NCBI GenBank assembly: GCA_049523455.1
Contig: JBEKMW010000003.1
Coordinates: forward strand, 3,736 to 67,735
DNA length: 64,000 nt
Direction of reading: 5' to 3'
Source of the DNA: Verrucomicrobiota bacterium
GTDB taxonomy: Bacteria; Verrucomicrobiota; Verrucomicrobiia; Limisphaerales; UBA11358
Shown: piece by piece, positions 38,744-47,700 of the stretch
Layout: each line of letters starts with the position of its first letter
Position numbering within the stretch: the stretch's first letter is position 1
Position numbers and translations under genes: made by a program
The notes under the pieces: model-generated
Database searches by the model: none
The model's input: only the letters and a program-made list of their open reading frames with translations
Told to the model about the DNA's origin: nothing

Positions 38744-41700
38744 TCATTGCACAATCAGGCGGTAGAAGCGTTTCGTGCCCAGCGGCGCGGTTAGCGAACC
38801 ATTGTCCACAAATTGGAACACCCCGGTGGCGGACGTGATGAGTCCGGGCACGGTGGTCCAGCTTGTGGCGGGCAAGGCCGGCGTCCATTGCACCTGGAAT
38901 GACTCATAGGTCGGCGCCGTCCACTGCAGGGTAATGCTGTTGTTCGCCCACGTGACGTTCTTGAGATTGGGTATGACCAGCGGCGTGGTCACGGCGGCCT
39001 GCAAGGCCAGACCGAAGTAACCACCGCCCGCCACCATCACCACGTTGCTCAATCCGGACGGCACATTCGTGTCACCCCCCGTTCCGTCACCCCACGCGAT
39101 CACGGTGCCGTCGCTCCGCAACGCCAGATTATGATAATCGCCGGCCGCTATCGCTTGCACACTGTTCAGGCCCGCGGGAATGCTGGTTTCCCCAAAGAAA
39201 TCGTCACCCCATGCTTTCACCGTCCCGTCACTCCTCAGCGCCAGGCTGTCCTCCGCTCCGCCGGCCACGGCGACAGCGTTGGTCAGGTTCGCCGGAACGT
39301 TCGTCTCGCCGTCAAAGCCATAACCCCAGGCCACCACCGTGCCATTGTTTTCCACCGCCAGGGTGTGGGACCACCCGGCCGCGATCGTCACCACGTTGCC
39401 CAGTCCCGGCGGAATGTTGGTCTGGCCATACGTGTTGTCGCCCCACACAGTCACCGTGCCATTGCTCTGCAACGCCACGCTATGATCGTACCCCGCCGCA
39501 ATCGCCACCACGTTGCTCAACCCCGTCGGCACATTCAGTTGGCCGAAGGTGTTGTCGCCCCAGCCGACGACGGTGCCATCGCCCGCCAACGCCAGGCTGT
39601 AGTAAACCCCCGCCGACACCGCCACCACGTTGCTCAGTCCGGGCGGAATGTTCGTCTGTTCATACGAGTCGTCGCCCCAGACGGCCACCGTGCCGTCATG
39701 GTTCAGCGCCAGGGTGTGATATTCGCCCGCCGCAATCGCCACCAGGTTGGTCAAACCGGCCGGCGTGATGAGTTGTTCGCTGCTGTTATCGCCCCAGCCC
39801 ACGATGCTGCCGTCAGAGAATTCCTGGTCCGCGCCGTAAGCCGCCCCAACCGCGTTGCTGACCACCAGCCGGAAGTAATAGCCGTGGCCGTCAAGCAGAT
39901 TGGCGATGGTGTTGGTCACCCACACCACGCCGTAGCCGTTCCCCACGTTTACCGGCGCGGTTTGATTGGTGAACAGCGGGTTGGGACCCCATTGGAACCA
40001 GGCCAGCGAAGGCGTTCCATTCGGCGACGCAAACCCGTTGAGCTCGGCGTTGGTGCCCGTCACCCAGGTCGCCGGGGCGGTGAACGCGGCGGGCCCCGGT
40101 ATCGGCAGCACGATGACCTGGAACGTATTGGTTGCGCCCAGTGGCGGCAGTCCGTTGTTGAACACCACGGTCGTGATGAGATTGGTCGTGCTCTCCTGCG
40201 CCGCCGTCGGCGTCCAGGTAATGACGCCGGCGGGCGAAATCGTCATGCCCGCTGGCGCGCCCGGCAGAGTGTAGGTCAACACCTGCGGCGGCGAATACAC
40301 GTCCGTGGCGTTGTTCGTCACCGTGAGCGCAGACAACGCGAAAATGGTTTGATTGGGCGGCGTGGCCACAAACACCGGCGGAAGGTTGGTGGCCAGACCC
40401 AGCAGCTCCAGCCGATACAGGCGCGCAGACCCAAACCCGCCGGTCTGGGAACCGTCGTCGAAGAACTGGAACAGGCTGTTGCTGGGGGTGATATAGGTCG
40501 TATAGGCAATGATATTGCTGAAGGCGTTCCACGCCACCGGCGGCGTCAGGCTGGCCGCCCACTGCAACTGGAATAGATCGTTGGTCGCTCCATACCAGCT
40601 TAACAGGAACCCCGGCTTGCCGCCGATAACCGTGTTGGTGATATACAGCGTGTCAATCGGCGGCGGCGGAATTACCAAATGGAAATTCACCGCGATGGCA
40701 TAATTGACCGTGGCGCTGCCGGTGTTTTGCACGCCCAGCCAGTAGGTTGCGCCCGCCGGCAGCAAGGGCGTTCCGTTGTTGGTGGCGATCACCGCCTGCC
40801 CGCCAGTTGTGCTGGACAGCAGGGTGAGGTCGCCCGGATTGGAAATGCTCGGCGGCAGGTTCGTGCTGAACCAGACGTTTACCGGCTGCGGATTGGCATA
40901 TAATAGAATATTGGTGGCGTAATCGGCGTTGACCGGCACGCTGACCTCATACCACGTCAGGCCGCCCGGCGTCAGCGAGTTGGTCTGTGGCCGGCTGCTC
41001 TGGGTCTGGCCGGTGCCGAGCGTGTAGGGCGGAAGCACGGTGAGGCTGAAGCTGTTGGTCGCGCTCAGACTCTGGTTGACCTGCACGTAAGGATTGGTGT
41101 CCGTCACCACCGTCGTGATGGTGTAAACATGGTTGGTCTGTGCCAGCGTCGGCATCCAGAGGATGACGCCGTTGCTGGAAATGCTCATGCCCGCCGGCGG
41201 GGCGATCAAGGCATAGGTCAGCGGATTGGGCAGGTCCGGATTGGTCGCCGCGTTGGTTATGGCCACCGTGCTCAGGGCATAGACGTTCTGGTTGGGCGGC
41301 GTGGCCAGGAATACCGGCGGCGAGTTGGTGAATACCCCCAGCACCTCCAACCGATAGAAGCGCGTCAGCCCGAATCCGCCTGTCTGCGAACCGTCGTCGA
41401 AGAACTGGAACAGGCTGTTGTTGGGCGTGAGGTACGTCGTGTAGGTGATGACGTTGGTAAACGCGTTCCACGCCACCGGCGGGGCCAGGCTGCCCGCCCA
41501 TTGCACCTGGAACAGATCGTTCGTCGGCCCGTACCAGCTCAGCAGGTAGCCGATCTTGCCGGCGATGTTGGTGTAAACGATGGCCACCAGGTTGGTCGGC
41601 GGTGGCGGCGGCACCAGGTGGAATTTAACCGCGATGTTGTACGTCGTAATGCCGTTGGTTTGCACGCCCAGATAGTAAGTTCCGCCAGGCACAATAAAGG

Positions 41701-44700
41701 GCGGCGGGGGATTGGTACCCAACACGACGAAACCATTGGTGCCAGTCGGATATGTCCCATCCGGCAGGAGTAACACCGCAGTACCATTGGTGGTCGGCGG
41801 AACGTTGGTACTCCACCACAGATCCACCGGCGCGGTGGACGAAATCAGGAAATTCGTTGCCAGATCCGCGTTCGTCGGCACGGCGATGGTTGTCCAGGCA
41901 ATGCCGTTGGTCACCGGGGGCGGCGGCGGCACGAGGTGGAAATAGACCTGCACATTGTAGGTGGTGAGGCCATTGGTCTCCACGCCCAGCCAGTAACTCC
42001 CGCCCGGCACAATGAACGCCGGCGTGGTGTTCGTGCCCAATACATACAAACCATTGGTGCCGGTCGGATACGTCGCGTCCGGCAGGAGTAATACCGCATT
42101 ATTATTGGTGGTCGGTGGTGTGTTGGTGGTCCACCACAAATCCACCGGCGCAGTCGCCGAAATCAAATCGTTCGTGGCCCAATCCGCATTCGTCGGCACA
42201 TTAACTTGTATCCACGCGACGCCGTTGGACGGAGGTAGCACCAGATGGAAATTCACCTCGATCGCGTAGGTGACATTGGCCGCGTTGGTGTTTTGCACCG
42301 CCAGATAGTAGGTTTGGCCCGGCACCAGCGGCGGCGTGCCGTTCGTGCTCAGCACCACGGCTCCGCCGGTGGAACTCGAGAACAACGCGTCATCCGGCGG
42401 GTGGCCACCTGCCGGAAGGGTTGCCTGGTTGAACCACACGTTGACCGGACCGGTCGCAAACAGCAGCAGGTTTGTGGCGAAATCCGCGTTGGGCGGCACC
42501 GTGATCGCGTAATAATCCATGTCGCCGCCGGTGAAGCTGTTGGTCCCGCCGTTGATGGTATTCGTCACCGGCTGCCCGCCGCTGATGGGCGCCGGTTGCA
42601 GCGACGACGCGAAGTTCACCTCGATGGTGTAGTTCACGCTGGGACCGTTCGTGTTCTGCACGCCCAGGTAATAAACCCCGGCCGGCACCAGCGGCGGATA
42701 ATTCGTCGGCGTCAAGGTGCTCACCCCGTTGGTGGCGCTCCCAATCAGCAGCGCGTCACCCGGAAAGCCCGTGGTGGGCGGATTATTGGTGCTGTACACC
42801 AGATTCACCGATCCGCTGGCCGAGAGCAGCAGGTTGAAGGCGGCGGCGGCGCCCGCCGGCACGTTGACCTGATACCAACTGATGGGGTCTCCGCCGGTAG
42901 TGCCCGCCACCGTGCCACTGGTCGGCTGGCCCGGATTGAGAATCGGCAGGCTGGTCAGATTGGTGTTGGCAAACGTGAACTGCAGTTGCCAGCTCAGAAG
43001 TTCGGGCGGCGGATTCGTCGCGCCCACCCGGTCGTCCTGAATCTCCAACTGCCAAAGCCCCTGCGCGCTCGTGTTGTCGAGGCTGCTGATGTCCTGATCG
43101 GGCTGGTAGTACAGATTATTGGCCACGCTGGTCACCGTGAAATTGTCCAGCAACATCCCCGGTTCCAAGCCCGTGATTTCCAAAGGCGTTCCACTCTGCG
43201 TGGCGGTGAAGGTGGTGGTATAGACCTGCCAAGTCATATTGTTGCCGTTAATGACAGCGGGAGTGCCGCCGTTCAAACTGATTCCCGCTTCCGAAAGACT
43301 CAGCGCCGGCGAACTGGCGAATAAGGCATGATCAAATTTGCCTTCGCCGCCTTTTTGATAAATAGCTTTGATTTCGGACGCGCTAAGAGTGCGGTTGTAA
43401 ACGCTCATTTCGTCCAATCCGTTCCATTGGCTGGGTTCACTTGCATTAACGACACGCCATCCTATGTTTACATTATAACCGGGCGTGGTTTGAGGCGTAA
43501 ATTTGCCGCTCCAATTATAGTAATTCACTGGCACAATGGCCGCGCCATTGTAATAGAGCTTCCCTTGCACCAAATACTGGTTGTAAGTCGTGGCGACATG
43601 CTGATAAGAGCCGGCTTGGACCAGGTTGGCCGCACTGGAAAGCCAATGGTCGCCGCCACCGGTGTCTATGTAATTGGCATACAGACAACCCGCGCCTGTG
43701 CCGTAAGGACCTGTTCCTGGCCCCGTCGAAATATTCAAATGAGGGCCATAGGCGGAACCGTTATCCCACTCCAAACCAAACCGCTCTGTATTCAGGACCG
43801 ACGGATTGATCCAACCTTCGATGGTCATACCGGGCCCGGTTCCAACATTCAAGGTGGAATTGCCGGGCGCCCCGACATACATGTCGGTGCCCAAAAGCGA
43901 AAAGGCCGAGCCAACTTCACCATTGGTATAACTTCCCCCGTTATACATTGTGCCATTATTGTTAAATCCCGAACTATCGAGCGTATTGCTCTCCCCGCGC
44001 CACCAGCCAACAATTCCCGGCCCGCGATAGGCAAACGACAGCGTGTAAGTCTGGCCGGCCACCGTCGGCAGGTTGTTGGAAATCACGCCGCTGGCCAGCG
44101 CCAGGAAATTGCTTCCGGCATAGGCATTGGTGGGATCGGTTACCACGCTGACCTCGTTGCTGATAACGGTCCAGCGGTTGCCAAAAGTCTGTCCATTCGT
44201 ATAGTCGCCGGCGGCCGTTGTCTCAAACCCGTCAAAGAACACGTTGCTCACGGCGCCACTCGGCACAAACGGCGTGGGCGCAAACTTGATGGGCGTGGTC
44301 GTCAGGTTCGTATTTTCAGTGAACGTGAGATACAGGAAATTCGTGGTCACGTTGGTCACGGAGAGCGTGGCGAACACGTTGCTGACGGTTACCGTGAAAT
44401 TGCTGACGATCAGGCTGTCCAGCAACATGCCGGGTTCCGTGCCCGTGATAATCAACTGGTTATTGCCGTTCGTAGGCAGGTTGCCGGAGGCGGTAAAGGT
44501 CTGCCACGTGGTATTGTTGCCATTGATGACTACCGTTCTACCGTTCGTATTCACAGACGCTTCCGCCAGGCTGAGCGCCGGCGAATTGGAGAATACGCCA
44601 GCGTCAAATTTCCCTCGCGTGCCCAGGTTATTAATGGCTGCAATTTCAGCGTCCGAAAGCGCACGCCCATAGACACTGAGTTCATCGGTCAATCCCTGAT

Positions 44701-47700
44701 ATGTCTCTCCCAGGGCAACCGTCTGGCTGATGCGTTGCCCAATACTTACGAAGGGATAAGCCGTTTCCGGCGTAAAATAGCCGAAATTATTCGATGCCAC
44801 CATCGTCCCATCCACATAAAGGCGGGCAGCACCGGACACTTTATCGTAGGTTACGGCCGCATGTTGAAAACGGCTCGTCACAAACAATCCATTCGGACTG
44901 GTGATGGTATGGCCATTCCCCGATGTGTCTCTGAGATTTGAGAATAAATTAATTCCCGACCACAGTTCCGGGCCGTCCCCAATGGGAGAGGGGCTGGCCA
45001 TCGAGTATTCTATCATCGGCCCATTTGCAGCATTGACATAGGCATCTTTTATCCAGCATTCCAGAGTGATGCCGCTGCCGTATGCGCCCACATTCAAACT
45101 TGGCGAGTTGGAAACCAGGACATAACCGCTGTTGTCGCCATAAAATTGAAAGGCTTCGCCCACTTCACCGCCCGAATAGCCAACCTCTCCGGATATGGTT
45201 CCATTATTTCCATTGATACTTTCCACGGTGTTACTCTCCGCCCGCCACCAGGCGGCAATCGCCGGCCCGCGATACGCAAACGTAAACGTGTAAGCCCCGT
45301 TGGTTATTGTGGAAGGGAAAGTATAAGACAGCCCGCCGTTGGCAAGGGCCAGAAGATTCGTGCCCTGATAGGCATTGGTCGGGTCGGTGACCACACTGAC
45401 CTCATTCGTGGTCACCGTCCAACCGCCTATGGTCGCGCCGGCGGCAAAATCCGCCGCCATCATGCCTTCAAAGTTGTTGGTTACCACCACCGTGTTCGTC
45501 ACCAACACCGTATAATTCGTCACCACCGTCGTTATATTGGTCTCCACGATGGATATCCCCGCGCCGCTCGTGCTCATGCCCCCCTCGTTTTCCATCAGCA
45601 AATACCGCGTGCCGTTCGGGCTGATCAACTGGAACACCAGGTCCGAAATCCGCGTGTCCGCCACCGCAATGCCCACGCTCAGCGACTGGATCAAACTCGG
45701 GTTCGCCACCAGAATGGAACTGTAAGACACCGCGTCATCCGGAATCACCGTTGGCCCGCCCTCGTAATCCACATTGGTAATCGCCGACTGCGAAAAAGCC
45801 AGCGTGGCGTAGATATGAACGTTCGCCGCGACCAGGCTGGGATTGTAGATGCCGACATAATAAGTTCCCGGCGCCAGCGGCGGGCCCACCGAAACATAAT
45901 TGGTATAAAAGTCAACGGGCCCGCCGGAAACGGGGAAGTCGTTAGTCAACCAGGCTTCCTCATTGGTGTCCGCGAACGTCGGGTCCGAGCCGTAATTGAC
46001 ATAAAGTTGCAACGGCGGTGACGATTCAGGCGGATACTCCTCGGCCACCACCGTCAGGTTCGTGTACCCCACCGGCACGTCTTGGAAGGTATAGACCCAA
46101 CTGCCGGGCTCAACGGTCACGTTAATGCCGTGGGTGAGCGGCGTATAAGGCACGAGCGTCATGGTCAAGGCCGCCACATAACCGGTATGCGTCAGCGCCG
46201 TGTCCGCCTCGGTCATCATCCATACCCCGATGCCCTGGCTGCCGAAGAAGCTCTGCAAGCTGCCCGGCCCATCGGACAATATCGCGCCCTGCACATTCGT
46301 AATCCCGCCGTCACTGTAGGCAAGATTGTACGGTCCCGGCGGGTTGCCCAGATCATCATGGTTGTTGAGCACCACGCTCGTGCCGTTATGATTGAGCGTG
46401 CCAATCAGATCGCCGTAATTCTGATGCCAAATCGAATCATCCACAATTACCTGTCCCACCTCCATCGGATACAGCGCCAAGCCGAAAGTGTAGGCGTAGC
46501 CCGGATTTTTCAGGTCGCCGTCGGGAATGTTATTGGGCAGCGGGATGCCGTTGACTATCTGATTGCCATTGTTCATCTCGCTGAATGGCGTCGAAGTAAA
46601 CACCGACAGGAAATCGTACTCCGCCGCCATCTGCCGCTCCGAATACACGCCAATGTAATACACCTGGCTATGCGTCGAATTCGTGTCCACCACGAATTGC
46701 GTCCCGCTCAGGCTCAACGACGCCCCGTTGAACACCGGCGGCGTCCCCGCCGACGCGCCGATTTGCGTCCCGTTGATGCAGTTCGAAATCGTCACCGGCG
46801 ACAGCGTCAGCAAATTCGAATCCGTCGTCACATACAGGTCAATGTCCGCCCCCGGCGTGGTTGCGTTGTCCACGTTCGGCTGGTACACGCCGATCCGCGG
46901 AATCGAAAGTGTGTTCGGCAGGAACGTGATGAACGCCGCGTTGGACAGGCTCAATCCGTTGGTGGTCAACTGCGAATTCGTCACCACGTAGAAATGCCAC
47001 TGGTTGGTCATGCCCAGTGTATCCACCGCATCGGCCGCGTAAGGCGAACCCGGCGCGAAGTCTGCCTGGTTGGTCCCCAGCAACGGCGTGCTCGCCCCGG
47101 CAAACTGGTCCATCAGCGGCGCATTGGTGGTAACGATGTAGGTGATGTCCTGGTCACCCGTCGGATTGTAAAGCTGCCCGCCATCCGCGACCGTCATGGC
47201 GTTGGTCACCTCGCCTTCCCCGCTGGAAATCACCAGCGCGAAATCCTGCACCACGTTGTTCGAGTTCGCCGTCACCGCGTTTACATTCACGTCGCGCGCC
47301 AGCACCGTGATCGAATAATTCGTCCCCACCGGCTGCGAAATATAGACGTTCTTGACGTTGTTCACGTAATCGTAAGCCACCACATCGTTCGTCCCGTGCG
47401 GGTTGTTGAAATCTCCCGACGAAATGTCATTGCCATAATAAACGATCGGCGGATTGGCGCCGTAATTGGTCACCACCAGGTCCAGGTTGTTCACCAGCTT
47501 GATCGCCGCCGCCGGGTCGCCGGGCGGGTCCGTCCAAGCCAGCGTCACCCGCAACGGCAGCAGCGTCTGCGCCGTGGCGCTGGTTATGTTCACCAGATAC
47601 GTGTGGCTCCCGCCCGTCGCCAGCGCGTTCGTCGGATTCTGGTCCAGGATAAACTCCGAACACCCCGCCCCGATCTGATTCGTCAATCCCGCCGGCACCG

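Noticed and set aside
40330-45450. Diversity-generating retroelement (TR/VR) explanation for the internal repeats of the giant gene
   Set aside because: No reverse transcriptase ORF is present in the window. Differences between the repeat copies are spread over all four bases rather than being adenine-specific.
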